Part shown: piece after piece, positions 20,219-29,036 of the stretch
How the letters are laid out: every line of letters starts with the position of its first letter
Numbering within the stretch: the stretch's first letter is position 1
DNA from: Bacteroidales bacterium
Lineage (GTDB): Bacteria; Bacteroidota; Bacteroidia; Bacteroidales; UBA932
DNA: 64,000 nucleotides
Direction: 5' to 3'
NCBI GenBank assembly: GCA_036677745.1
Contig: JAVBVW010000005.1
Coordinates: 307,268 to 371,267 of the forward strand
Program-made: the position numbers and the translations under genes
The notes under the pieces: model-generated
Told to the model about the DNA's origin: nothing
What the model saw: only the letters and a program-made list of their open reading frames with translations
The model's database searches: none

Positions 20219-21334
20219 TTAAAACAATTCTTTATAGATACCCCTTATGTCATCCTCCGTGAAGGGAACATAATTATTGTTGAGCAGACGTTGCTGACCA
20301 ACGAGTACACTTTGTGTAAAACTTTCGATCTCTCTCTCCTGCATTCCGTAGAAACTTAGCCGGTTTTTTGAAGTCAGATGTCCCAGCAGCTCATCAAGCT
20401 TCGTGTAAACCATCTCCTCTGATGTGTTGAGCAACTTTGCATACAGTTCATTAACCTCTTTTATAGCCCCCTGTGGTCTCTTCTTGTTGTAGAGTTTGAA
20501 TACAGCGGTAAAAAACTGGTAGTTGGCTTCTCCGTGCGGTACATGGTAAACTCCTCCCAGCGGATATGAGAGTGCATGAACAGCCCCTACACCTGTGTTT
20601 CCGAATGCTACTCCGGCATAGTTGCTAGCAATCAGCATATCTTCAAGTCGTTCAAGACTATGTTCCTGCCCCTTAAGAGCAATTTCAGAAAACACATCAA
20701 CAATTAAGCTGATAGCTTCGCGGCAGTACATCTTGGTATATGGATTCGATTTTGGCGAAACGTAGGACTCTGTGGCGTGTATAAGTGCATCTATGGCGCT
20801 GAATGCAAAGAATTTAAATGGCAACCCCTTTAGAAGTTCAGGAATCAGTACGGCATCATCGGGTAATAGAGTGTCGTCTGCTATTCCCATTTTGGTATTT
20901 TTTGCCTTGAGTTCTGCGATTGAGATATTGGTCACCTCGCTGCCGGTTCCGCATGTGGTTGGAATGGTGACAAGCTTTTTCTGCTTAACAATTGGAACTT
21001 TTCTTTCAAACACTTCAGATATATCATTAACTTTGTTGATTACTAGGAGTTTGGATACATCAATTACAGTACCTCCTCCAATAGCCACAACTCTGTCATA
21101 CTTTAAATCTGAAATATCGGCGAGTATTCTGTTTATCATTTGGTCAGAGGGCTCGCCGGAGCCGTACTTCTCAATCATTACGAACAGACACTTGAGGTCT
21201 GCCTTCTCTATGTACGACTTGTAAAGGAAGTCGTGTGTAAGAACCAGATCATTTGGGCCAAGTTCGAAGTTGCAGGCAAACTCTGCAAAAGTGTCGAAAC
21301 GGCTGACAGTTGTTTTTAATTTGAATAACTGCAT
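20219..21334 (-). CDS. 4hbD: NAD-dependent 4-hydroxybutyrate dehydrogenase (iron-containing alcohol dehydrogenase family)
   Basis: 371 aa with a Fe-ADH fold (GGGTVIDVSK, GVGAVHALSYPLGG). The size and position between sucD and the CoA-transferase match the known succinate-to-butyrate clusters. Confidence 0.8.
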   Translation of the reverse strand: MQLFKLKTTVSRFDTFAEFACNFELGPNDLVLTHDFLYKSYIEKADLKCLFVMIEKYGSGEPSDQMINRILADISDLKYDRVVAIGGGTVIDVSKLLVINKVNDISEVFERKVPIVKQKKLVTIPTTCGTGSEVTNISIAELKAKNTKMGIADDTLLPDDAVLIPELLKGLPFKFFAFSAIDALIHATESYVSPKSNPYTKMYCREAISLIVDVFSEIALKGQEHSLERLEDMLIASNYAGVAFGNTGVGAVHALSYPLGGVYHVPHGEANYQFFTAVFKLYNKKRPQGAIKEVNELYAKLLNTSEEMVYTKLDELLGHLTSKNRLSFYGMQEREIESFTQSVLVGQQRLLNNNYVPFTEDDIRGIYKELF

Positions 21335-21342
21335 TTTGTTCT

Positions 21343-22638
21343 CTATTTGTTAAACCTTTTTTTGTACTCTTCTTTCAAATCATCACGGAAATCCGGATGT
21401 GCAATCGCTATCAAAGCCTCTGCCCTCTGAACAAGGGTACGCCCTTTGAGTTTGGCCACTCCGTACTCGGTCACCACATAATCAACATCGTTTCTGGAAG
21501 TTGTTACCGCTGCACCCGGGCTCAGGAACGGAACTATTCTCGACACCTTTCCTTTAGAGGCGGTAGCCGGAACGGCAATTATCGACCTGCCCCCTTTTGA
21601 AACTGATGCTCCGCGCACATAGTCAACCTGACCTCCTGTGCCGCTGAATTGCTTTGTTCCTATACTCTCTGCATTCACCTGACCCATAAGATCGACCTCT
21701 ATACACGAGTTGATTGAAACCATATTGTTGTTCTGTCCTATTACCGCTGGGTTGTTTACATAATCGACAGGCATCAACTCAACCAATGGGTTATTGTCCA
21801 CAAAATCATATAAGGCGCGTGTACCCATAAGGAAAGTGGCTACCAGTTTACCGGGGTGGAGAGTTTTAAGTCTTCCGTTAATAACTCCTGATTTAACCAG
21901 CTCCATTGCTCCGTCTGAGAACATCTCGGTATGAACTCCAAGATCTTTTTTCTCTTTCAGAAATAGCAGCACCGCATCAGGAATTGCTCCAATCCCCAGC
22001 TGAAGAGTATCTCCGTCATTAATAAGTGATGCACAGTTTTTCCCGATTTCCCTCTCAACCTCAGTCACCGATGGGAGCGGAATTTCAGGAATCGGATCTG
22101 CACAGGGAACTATACAATCGAACCTGGATAAATGGACCCTGTTAGTTGATCCGACATAGGGCATGCACTCATTAACCTGTGCAATCACCCTTCCTGCCTT
22201 TTCAACGGCAGCTTTGGTGTAGTCACATGATAAACCCAGACTGCAATAGCCTTCACTATCAGGAGGTGATACATTGATAATTGCAATATCTACAGGAAAG
22301 ATATTGCCTATCAGCTGAGGGGTGTCCTTGAAAAAACATGGTATGAAGTCGGCCCTTCCCTGTGAAACGGACTCTCTTGAAGATCCTCCCACAAAATTTG
22401 TGATGTGGTGGAAATGCTTTGAATTTTCCGGCAAAAGGTACTCTCCGTAGCCGAGAGGCAGCATATGGTATATGTGAAGATTGCTGAACCTCTCTTTTTG
22501 CGCAACCAATTCACGCATGATAACCTGTGGATTGGCCGCTGCATGTGAACATACTATATAATCGGAATCGTTTATCGTGCCAACTGCCCGGGTGGCAGAA
22601 ACGATCTTATCTTTGTATTGTTCTTTCCAGTTCATCAT
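21343..22638 (-). CDS. cat2: 4-hydroxybutyrate CoA-transferase (Cat2/AbfT)
   Basis: 431 aa of the acetyl-CoA hydrolase/transferase family (…GIGAIPDAV…, SGTGGQVDYVRGA…). Its start overlaps the abfD stop (ATGA). Confidence 0.85.
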   Translation of the reverse strand: MMNWKEQYKDKIVSATRAVGTINDSDYIVCSHAAANPQVIMRELVAQKERFSNLHIYHMLPLGYGEYLLPENSKHFHHITNFVGGSSRESVSQGRADFIPCFFKDTPQLIGNIFPVDIAIINVSPPDSEGYCSLGLSCDYTKAAVEKAGRVIAQVNECMPYVGSTNRVHLSRFDCIVPCADPIPEIPLPSVTEVEREIGKNCASLINDGDTLQLGIGAIPDAVLLFLKEKKDLGVHTEMFSDGAMELVKSGVINGRLKTLHPGKLVATFLMGTRALYDFVDNNPLVELMPVDYVNNPAVIGQNNNMVSINSCIEVDLMGQVNAESIGTKQFSGTGGQVDYVRGASVSKGGRSIIAVPATASKGKVSRIVPFLSPGAAVTTSRNDVDYVVTEYGVAKLKGRTLVQRAEALIAIAHPDFRDDLKEEYKKRFNK

Positions 22639-24119
22639 TTTTCTGTATTGCTATTCGGGCATTTGGTCAGCTCCTCTTTTATCAAGGCAATCTCTTTGGC
22701 AAGCAGTTTCTTACCTTCGATATTCCCCTGTCTGGCAATCATTACTCTCTGTGCCTGCGGAGAGCCGGCTCCGTGCATCGATTCGGTACGGTAACCAACG
22801 GCAGCTGTACCCAGAGTTATATTTTCTATCAGTCTGAGGATTCGCATACGGTTTTCAGTTGAAACACCCTCTACCCCTTTCAGATACTTCTCTACGTAAG
22901 CTCCAACTTCGGGGCTGCGGAAATCCTGCTCCGATGGCATTGTCACCATAAGACCTCCCGCGATATCTTCTGCGAGTCGGGCTATCTCGTATGGCATACG
23001 GGTGATATTCTGCTTGCAGACATTGGCAAGCAAAAGGTTAACAATATAGTTACCTGCAGGCATCGACTCTCCCTCTGCCGAGCATGCTATACCGCAGGCA
23101 TACAGGGTTTCATTCAGGTGAGTCATCTCTATGAGTTTGTCTTTGATGTGGCTTGCCTTGGCAGCTCCATTGTAATCGGCAGCTACTGCCGAAGCACCAA
23201 TCAGTACATCACCAACGCCAACCTTACACCCACCGTATGACTGGCGGTGGTATCCTGCGAATCTTTCAACCATCATGCCTGCAAAATCATACTCACGACA
23301 CATAAAGATGCGCTCATTAGGAACAAAAACGTCGTTGAAAATTACAAGAGCCTCGTGACCACCAAAGCGGGGATTTCCCAGGTCGATGTCAGCACCCGGC
23401 TCCATCTTGCGGGTATCACACGATTGTCTTCCGTATATCATAACAACCCCTTCTGCATCAGATGGAACGGCAAAAGAGACCGCATAGTCTGCATCCTCCT
23501 CCTTCATTGCAACAGTAGGCATAATAAGGTGTTCATGCGAGTTTACGGCACCTGTCTGGTGCGCTTTTGCGCCTCTCACCACAATTCCTTCCGGCAAAAC
23601 CTTAACAATCCGAAGATATTGGTCGGGATCTGCCTGCTTTGACGGAGATAGCCCACGATCTCCTTTAGGATCGGTCATTGCGCCGTCAACCGTAAGATCG
23701 TTCTCCTGTACAAACTTCAGATAGTCTGTAAAACGTCTGTGATACTCTGTCCCGTATTTTTTGTCGATTTCGTATGTAGTTGAGTATATCGCGTTAAATG
23801 CGTCCATTCCCACACAACGCTGAAAACATGATGCTGTCTTTTGTCCGAGAAGGCGTTGCATCTTAACCTTTTTCACAAGGTCGTCGGTATTCTGATGAAG
23901 GTGGCAGAAACGATTTATGGTTTTTCCGGTGAGGTTAGATGTTGCGGTCATAAGCTCACGGTATTCCGGCATTTCGGCAAGCTCGTAGGTCATTGCAACA
24001 GAATTCATAGACGGTTTGATCATTGGATGGTCAACGGGGTTGTCTATAAGTTCGCCCATAAGGTAAACCTTAAGATTCATCTTCCTGAGGCTTTCGATAT
24101 ACTGCTCTTTTGTCATCAT
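22635..24119 (-). CDS. abfD: 4-hydroxybutyryl-CoA dehydratase / vinylacetyl-CoA delta-isomerase (AbfD)
   Basis: 494 aa of the HpaB/AbfD-like family. The N-terminus MMTKEQYIESLRKMNLKVYLMGE and length are typical of AbfD. It is the first CDS after the riboswitch. Confidence 0.88.
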   Translation of the reverse strand: MMTKEQYIESLRKMNLKVYLMGELIDNPVDHPMIKPSMNSVAMTYELAEMPEYRELMTATSNLTGKTINRFCHLHQNTDDLVKKVKMQRLLGQKTASCFQRCVGMDAFNAIYSTTYEIDKKYGTEYHRRFTDYLKFVQENDLTVDGAMTDPKGDRGLSPSKQADPDQYLRIVKVLPEGIVVRGAKAHQTGAVNSHEHLIMPTVAMKEEDADYAVSFAVPSDAEGVVMIYGRQSCDTRKMEPGADIDLGNPRFGGHEALVIFNDVFVPNERIFMCREYDFAGMMVERFAGYHRQSYGGCKVGVGDVLIGASAVAADYNGAAKASHIKDKLIEMTHLNETLYACGIACSAEGESMPAGNYIVNLLLANVCKQNITRMPYEIARLAEDIAGGLMVTMPSEQDFRSPEVGAYVEKYLKGVEGVSTENRMRILRLIENITLGTAAVGYRTESMHGAGSPQAQRVMIARQGNIEGKKLLAKEIALIKEELTKCPNSNTEK

Positions 24120-24299
24120 AATGGTATGTGTTTAATATTCAGTTTCGTGTTTCGGTTCAGGCAAAGCAATCACACTCCGGCAAAAATGCCGGCTTCTCAT
24201 GTTTTTTCAACTTCGCCCCGCTAAAGGCGACTATTTTCCGAAGTTTAACTTTTAGGTTGTCATTTAACCCGGTCCACGGGGTTTTGTGACATTAACATG

Positions 24300-24455
24300 A
24301 ATTGGCAGGTCTTCTGACTAACACACTCATTCCTAAACCTTCCCGGCCGTTATGACCAGTGGTCGCAGATTTTTTCGGAACGTTCACGTGCTTCACAGCA
24401 GCGGGCCTGTCCGGGATTCACACCCGGTTCCCTTTTAATCAACACACCTGTTGGT
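24300..24455 (-). promoter_or_regulatory. Cobalamin (B12) riboswitch in the 5' leader of the abfD operon
   Basis: The minus strand reads CAGGTGTGTTGATTAAAAGGGAACCGGGTGTGAATCCCGGACAGGCCCGCTGCTGTGAAGC…GACCACTGGTCATAACGGCCGGGAAGGTTT…GTTAGTCAGAAGACCTGCC. All conserved blocks are present: GGGAA/GGTG-GAATCC, AC-GG-CCCGC-CTGT, CCACTG, GGGAAGG, and the B12 box AGTCAGAAGACCTGCC. P1 closes as CAGGT/ACCTG. Confidence 0.85.
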
Positions 24456-24476
24456 GTATCGATACCAATTCGGGTG

Positions 24477-24484
24477 CAAATGTA
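24477..24484 (-). promoter_or_regulatory. Candidate -7 promoter box (TACATTTG) driving the riboswitch/abfD operon
   Basis: TAnnTTTG match on the minus strand, about 25 nt upstream of the riboswitch P1 stem. Confidence 0.5.
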
Positions 24485-24733
24485 TGTATATTTTTGACAT
24501 TTAACTAAATTTTGGGGAGGTTTTTGTAAAAAAAACACAAAAGATTTTTTGCCGGAAATGCAACTACCTCCATTTTAGCATTGTAACGATATGTGCGATT
24601 TTGATAATAAATAGAAATAATAATCCAAAAAAATGTTCGGATTAGAAATCATTTGCCTTTTGAAATGACAAATTAACTCAGAATTTAGTGGGATAAATAT
24701 GTAGTGCGAAAAACTGATTGAGCATTATGAATA

Positions 24734-25882
24734 TCAAATATTACCAAATTTCATTTTTATAATAAAAACATCATTGTCTGAGTCTGGAAGCTGACTCATT
24801 TTGTGTAAAATATAGTCTTTGAGATTTGTTGTTTTTGATAATACCTCTTTTACAGCGTCTTTGTCGCGGTAAACTACCGAGTAAAAATAGTTTGAGTCTG
24901 ATGCCAGAATAAAAAAAGGGTCGTTGTTGTTACTTTCGTATGCCCATCGGAACCCTTTGCAGTTATTCTTTGATAGAACAAAATCGTTCTGCAAAGCAGC
25001 CGGGCCAATCGACGAAAAATAGAGATGTTCCTTTGTATCATGTATATGTATCGGGAGCTTATAGTAATCCGAAAATAGATAGTTTTTCATCCCCTCAAAC
25101 AAATCGCCACCATTATTGAAAATATACTTAGGCGAAATTGCTTGTTGTTGAAAATCAATTTTTAAAAAAGGAGTGAGATCTTTTCCGATTTTATAAGCAA
25201 TATTGTCACCCTCCTGAGGTCTCATAATCGTTGACTTGTCATATGACTGAGTAAATATCCCCTGAGTAAATACAAAGTCTTTCCTGGGCAAAAACTCTTT
25301 AATCTTCACTCCATTGTTGTCAAATTGGGTAAGAGCATAAAAATGCTCTTCAAAATTAGATTCGTCAGGAGGATTTGAAGAGAACAGGTAAAAACCTCCA
25401 TTAACGGACGCACAAATTGCGTCGTAATTAACCTGTTCAAAATTTAACTTTAAAACAAACTTGCCGTCACTTATTTTATATTTTGATACACCGCTTGAAT
25501 GGAGGAGCCAGATGTACTCACCATCAGGGGTTATGCACATATCAGTAATATCGGTATATTCGCCTGGTCCGCGCCCTTTATTGCCGATACTTCCGATATA
25601 TTTTCCGGTTTCATCAATAACTTGAATGCCTAGGATTTCGTCTTTTAAAATAAAGTTATCATTATTATCAATTAAGATCTTAGATACCACAGATATAATA
25701 TCTCCAGAGCTACTTTGTACCGGGATAAAGATTAATGTGTCCACAAATAATGAAAAATCATCGGTAAAAGTTGTGGTTTTCAAAGGTGCAATTGTTTGGA
25801 TTGTTTCATTTTCAAGCCTATTGCAGCTAATTAAGGCAAAGATTACCCACAAAAAATAGAAAGGTAAATGAGGCTTTTTCAT
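24734..25882 (-). CDS. BF3164-type 6-bladed beta-propeller lipoprotein (propeller A)
   Basis: 382 aa. It has a lipoprotein signal (…FALISCN) and the hallmark KGRGPGEYTDITD motif of the Bacteroidales 6-bladed beta-propeller (DUF5128/BF3164) family. It is a paralog of 26741..27892. Confidence 0.78.
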   Translation of the reverse strand: MKKPHLPFYFLWVIFALISCNRLENETIQTIAPLKTTTFTDDFSLFVDTLIFIPVQSSSGDIISVVSKILIDNNDNFILKDEILGIQVIDETGKYIGSIGNKGRGPGEYTDITDMCITPDGEYIWLLHSSGVSKYKISDGKFVLKLNFEQVNYDAICASVNGGFYLFSSNPPDESNFEEHFYALTQFDNNGVKIKEFLPRKDFVFTQGIFTQSYDKSTIMRPQEGDNIAYKIGKDLTPFLKIDFQQQAISPKYIFNNGGDLFEGMKNYLFSDYYKLPIHIHDTKEHLYFSSIGPAALQNDFVLSKNNCKGFRWAYESNNNDPFFILASDSNYFYSVVYRDKDAVKEVLSKTTNLKDYILHKMSQLPDSDNDVFIIKMKFGNI

Positions 25883-25901
25883 AACTTATTTTTAAATATT
25901 G

Positions 25902-25960
25902 CTATAATTATAAGTCTCGGCCAGCTTCATTCTCCAAGAAAATTATTCATTTTAATGTTG
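25902..25960 (-). pseudogene. Chimeric remnant of the small secreted-paralog family
   Basis: 25902..25930 matches 28893..28921 (paralog B, MKLAEIYNY region) with 2 mismatches. 25932..25960 matches 28161..28189 (paralog A, NIKLNNFLG region) with 1 mismatch. The two pieces abut here but are far apart in an intact gene, and no intact ORF exists. Confidence 0.6.
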
Positions 25961-26128
25961 ACGGAACTGACTCGTTCCTTTAACCCATTGTATTATCGGT
26001 ACTTTAACTTTTACTTTTTTGTCGTTGTCCACGATTTGTCCACGAGAAATTCGGGTACAAAAAGAGTTTACAATCGCTTTAACGATGGGGCAAAGATGCT
26101 GATATTGTTTGACTTAGCAAAAGGATTT

Positions 26129-26660
26129 TCACGGTTTTCCTTTCAGTTGCTTCCCTAATATTGTCAAGCGATATTTTTGCAAACTGCTATTAGGCTTATC
26201 AGGTATAGTCATTTCAACAAAACCTTGTTCTAATGCGGGCTTTAGATAGTTGGATCGAAAATTTTCTCTATGAGCAAGTCCTAATTTATCCTGAATTTCT
26301 TGCCTATCCATTTTCTTTATCCAATACATTAACTAGTTCTTTGACTTGCTCGGTAACTTGCTCGGTAACTTGCTCGGCAACTTGCTCGGATCCAGGGAAA
26401 GTCATTCGTAGAAAGTTCTCGGTAAACTTAAAACACTCTTTTCCATAGCTTTTTAAAATACGAGGAACGCCAGATCCTAAATGTTCAACCAGTTCCAAAT
26501 CCCGAAATACTCGCATTAGTTCTTTATTACGAGGGACAGAATAACCCTCAAAGAATTCTTTTTCTGTCATTCCTTGCGGGAGACTTCCAAATGAAGTAAT
26601 CTCAATCCTATCATCAAAGAACTCAAATTTTGGAGGAACTAACCCGATTAATCTTAGTGG
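26129..26660 (-). pseudogene. 5'-truncated, frameshifted remnant of a 'RecG-like' putative transcriptional regulator/ATP-binding protein (AlbA_2/HATPase_c_4 family C-terminus)
   Basis: The reading frame opens straight after a stop with …PPKFEFFDDRIEITSFGSLPQGMTEKEFFEGYSVPRNKELMRVFRDLELVEHLGSGVPRI…. It breaks near 26304-26329 and continues in another frame (…MDRQEIQDKLGLAHRENFRSNYLKPALEQGFVEMTIPDKPNSSLQKYRLT). Only the C-terminal ~170 aa of a normally much longer protein are present. Confidence 0.72.
26344..26390. repeat. 12-bp tandem repeat (about 4 copies of ACTTGCTCGGTA) inside the pseudogene
   Basis: Direct reading gives acttgctcggta acttgctcggta acttgctcggca acttgctcgga. It encodes the (EQVT)n tract on the minus strand. 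Confidence 0.9.
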
Positions 26661-26740
26661 CTATTGCAACAAAAGAGAGTATAGAAATGGATAGATTTAT
26701 TAATAGTGTAATAAAGAATATTTTGTTGATTTTCATGATA

Positions 26741-27892
26741 TTATTTATATGTGTATTTTAAAATAACATAGTTATCATCTATGTTGATGTTTGATAATGC
26801 AATTTGTTGACTACTACTTAGGATAGATTTATTTACAAATTGACTTAAATATTTTGGGGGAATGCAGATATAATGATATTCTTTATGAGAATATCCTGGA
26901 AATATTTGAACTCCTTCTTTTGTTTTATGAAATACATGTGATTTGTTTAAACTTTTATTGTAAGCTAATGTCATCATTCTTCCCCTAAAATTAAAATTAG
27001 AGATTACAAAACCATCTGATTCAGTGCACAATAGAAAACTTGATGCGTATTTAAAAGAAATTGTGTTCCCCAATTGATAATAGTAAGCATCATTCTCGTT
27101 TTCTGGCACTTCAGACAAATTAAAATTATACTTGCCAAAATCCCACTTGTACTTTGCAAAAATTGAGAGAGATGTAGTATCAATTGAATAAATATTTCCA
27201 TTATGTCCCTCGTAAAAACGAACTGTATCGTTGAACCTAATAAATGGAGACATAGCGAATTTCAAGGTGCTTTTTTTAAGAATATAATCAGGCAGGGTAT
27301 AGTCTGTTTTTACCACCTCATTTTCTTTTGTAGAATAATATATAAGCTTTTTATCGTTAAATATTGAGAAAAAAACATAGTAATCATCAGAAAGAATCTC
27401 AAACAAATGAGTGGACTTCGTACTATCTTTAAGACTAAATGAATCAACAAAATAATTACTGTCTATGGTATAGCGATATAGTGTGCCGGTAGGACAGAGC
27501 AGCTCAATGGTTCTGTTTTGTCGATTAATTCCAAAATCACTAAGAAGCGAATACTCTCCCGGCCCGCGCCCTCTCTTATTAATTGTTGTGATATATTTCC
27601 CACAAGAGTCAAATTTTTGTATCAAATGCTGTTTACTATCAAGAATATAAATAAAATCCTCGAATGGAATAACTTTAACGAAATTCATTTGACTTAGTAA
27701 AGAGAGGTTAGTTGTTTCTAATGGGATAATCTCAACCTTAGAAAAGATATCAAAAAAAGATAAAGAATCTTTTATATTATCCAATTCAACAGGGATAAGA
27801 TCATTATCTAAAAGATTATTTGTACGACTATTGCATCCGTATGTAAAAAGTATGATAAAAGTCAAAAATGATGCAATTACAATTTGTTTCAT
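26741..27892 (-). CDS. BF3164-type 6-bladed beta-propeller lipoprotein (propeller B)
   Basis: 383 aa with a lipoprotein signal (…LFTYGCN) and the KRGRGPGEYSLLSDF motif. Overall length and pattern match propeller A. Confidence 0.78.
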   Translation of the reverse strand: MKQIVIASFLTFIILFTYGCNSRTNNLLDNDLIPVELDNIKDSLSFFDIFSKVEIIPLETTNLSLLSQMNFVKVIPFEDFIYILDSKQHLIQKFDSCGKYITTINKRGRGPGEYSLLSDFGINRQNRTIELLCPTGTLYRYTIDSNYFVDSFSLKDSTKSTHLFEILSDDYYVFFSIFNDKKLIYYSTKENEVVKTDYTLPDYILKKSTLKFAMSPFIRFNDTVRFYEGHNGNIYSIDTTSLSIFAKYKWDFGKYNFNLSEVPENENDAYYYQLGNTISFKYASSFLLCTESDGFVISNFNFRGRMMTLAYNKSLNKSHVFHKTKEGVQIFPGYSHKEYHYICIPPKYLSQFVNKSILSSSQQIALSNINIDDNYVILKYTYK

Positions 27893-27978
27893 AGCATTAA
27901 GAAATTATTTCATGATACTACATTAGTTTTAAACCTGACAGTAGGAATATAGAAGGGAGTCGTTCATATTGTGTTAAT

Positions 27979-28476
27979 TTACATAAAATCACTATAGGAT
28001 TCAATGCCTATCGCAATAATAATTTGGTTAGCAGGATTAAAATGAATTATAGCGTGACCTATGCTTTTATATTCCTCACTTGGAGCCCAATAAAAGAGAT
28101 TTGGTTTTACATTGAATATAATACCCCCCATTTGATTAACCGCAGAAGTACTCATTCCTACTCCAAGAAAATTATTCAATTTAATGTTGTTTCCTCTAAT
28201 AACGATTTGTTGCAATGAATTATTAATGAGTGTAAATTCATTTTCTTTTCCAGCTAAACTATCGTAATACCAATATGTGATCCAATCCGGGAAATCTTCG
28301 TTAGGAGGCGTTATTCTGCTTGGAGCACCTAGACTGTCAGTTAGTTGTGATTCTGTGTAAGTAGCTCCCAAAATGAGTCCGTTTACTTTGATTTCACTAT
28401 ATTGTGAAAATACAGGTATTGAAAGGGTTAATGAAACAATAATTATTATAAACTTTTTCATAAGCAACGAATTCAT
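27979..28476 (-). CDS. Small secreted protein, paralog A of a four-gene tandem family (function unknown)
   Basis: 165 aa. The signal peptide ends …PVFSQ (Gln at +1), and the real start is probably the internal MKKF. It is very similar to paralog D (…EIKVNGLILGATYTESQ.TDSLGAPS…, …KLNN.L.VGM..S.VNQMGG…, FYWAPSEEYKSIG.AIIHFNP). Confidence 0.75.
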   Translation of the reverse strand: MNSLLMKKFIIIIVSLTLSIPVFSQYSEIKVNGLILGATYTESQLTDSLGAPSRITPPNEDFPDWITYWYYDSLAGKENEFTLINNSLQQIVIRGNNIKLNNFLGVGMSTSAVNQMGGIIFNVKPNLFYWAPSEEYKSIGHAIIHFNPANQIIIAIGIESYSDFM

Positions 28477-28546
28477 TAGAGAATGTTATATACAAAAAAT
28501 CTTGCCGGAGATTCTTTAATTAAATGTCCGGCAAGAAAATTTAATC

Positions 28547-29035
28547 TTAAGAAGGGAAACGACACACCATTCGTGTAATAATTCCATTGTTGTGGAATAT
28601 CTCGAAGACTGTGTCACCAATTCCCCTGAAATAATAAGAACCACCCGGTTTTACTTCCAATTGACCAAAGCCAAGCTGATTGAATTTGGCAATAGGCTCT
28701 CCTACTTTAATGCCTCCCTGCAGGTCTAAAGTAAAAACTGCAAACCTGTTGTCAATCAATGTAAAAGTAGAGAAAAATCCATTATTGCTAAATCTGAAAA
28801 AATTTTGCCCGTAGTAATATTTTTCGTCTAGTCCGAATTCGCTTTCTCTGCTCCAGTATCTGTCCGGGGCTCCGAACTTGTTCGTGACGTAACTATAATT
28901 ATAAATCTCGGCCAGTTTCATCCCATTTACATCCTGGGCAAATGATGCAAGTGGAGTTGCTACGAGAATTAAAAGAGTGACTGATAATGTTATTGCAGGT
29001 TTATTGAGTGTTATCATATCAAGAGACTTATGCAT
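28547..29035 (-). CDS. Small secreted protein, paralog B (most divergent member)
   Basis: 162 aa with a signal peptide …LASFAQ. It shares the VNGMKL……FGAP and …GIKVG…..F.QLG pattern with the other three members. Confidence 0.65.
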   Translation of the reverse strand: MHKSLDMITLNKPAITLSVTLLILVATPLASFAQDVNGMKLAEIYNYSYVTNKFGAPDRYWSRESEFGLDEKYYYGQNFFRFSNNGFFSTFTLIDNRFAVFTLDLQGGIKVGEPIAKFNQLGFGQLEVKPGGSYYFRGIGDTVFEIFHNNGIITRMVCRFPS

Positions 29036-29036
29036 T

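Noticed and set aside
24120-24300. Intrinsic terminator as the riboswitch expression platform
   Set aside because: The candidate hairpins (CCGGC-ATTTTT-GCCGG and TCGCC…GGCGA) are short and lack a U-tract. The regulatory mechanism (transcriptional versus translational) cannot be decided from sequence.
24350-24538. 62-aa minus-strand ORF in the abfD leader
   Set aside because: It lies entirely over the cobalamin riboswitch and its promoter. The sequence conservation there is explained by RNA structure motifs, not coding.
25868-26158. 96-aa + strand ORF between propeller A and the regulator remnant
   Set aside because: It spans the chimeric paralog remnant and non-coding AT-rich sequence. It has no signal, motif or plausible promoter context.
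26344-26390. Short tandem repeats (also 51061..51225) as a possible CRISPR array
   Set aside because: The units are 12 and 24 bp, contiguous with no spacers, and in-frame inside coding sequence. No cas genes are present.
26129-26570. Treating 26304..26570 and 26129..26329 as two separate small genes
   Set aside because: Together, and with the frame extension up to ~26660, they reconstitute the contiguous C-terminus of one known protein type. This is better explained as a truncated, frameshifted pseudogene.
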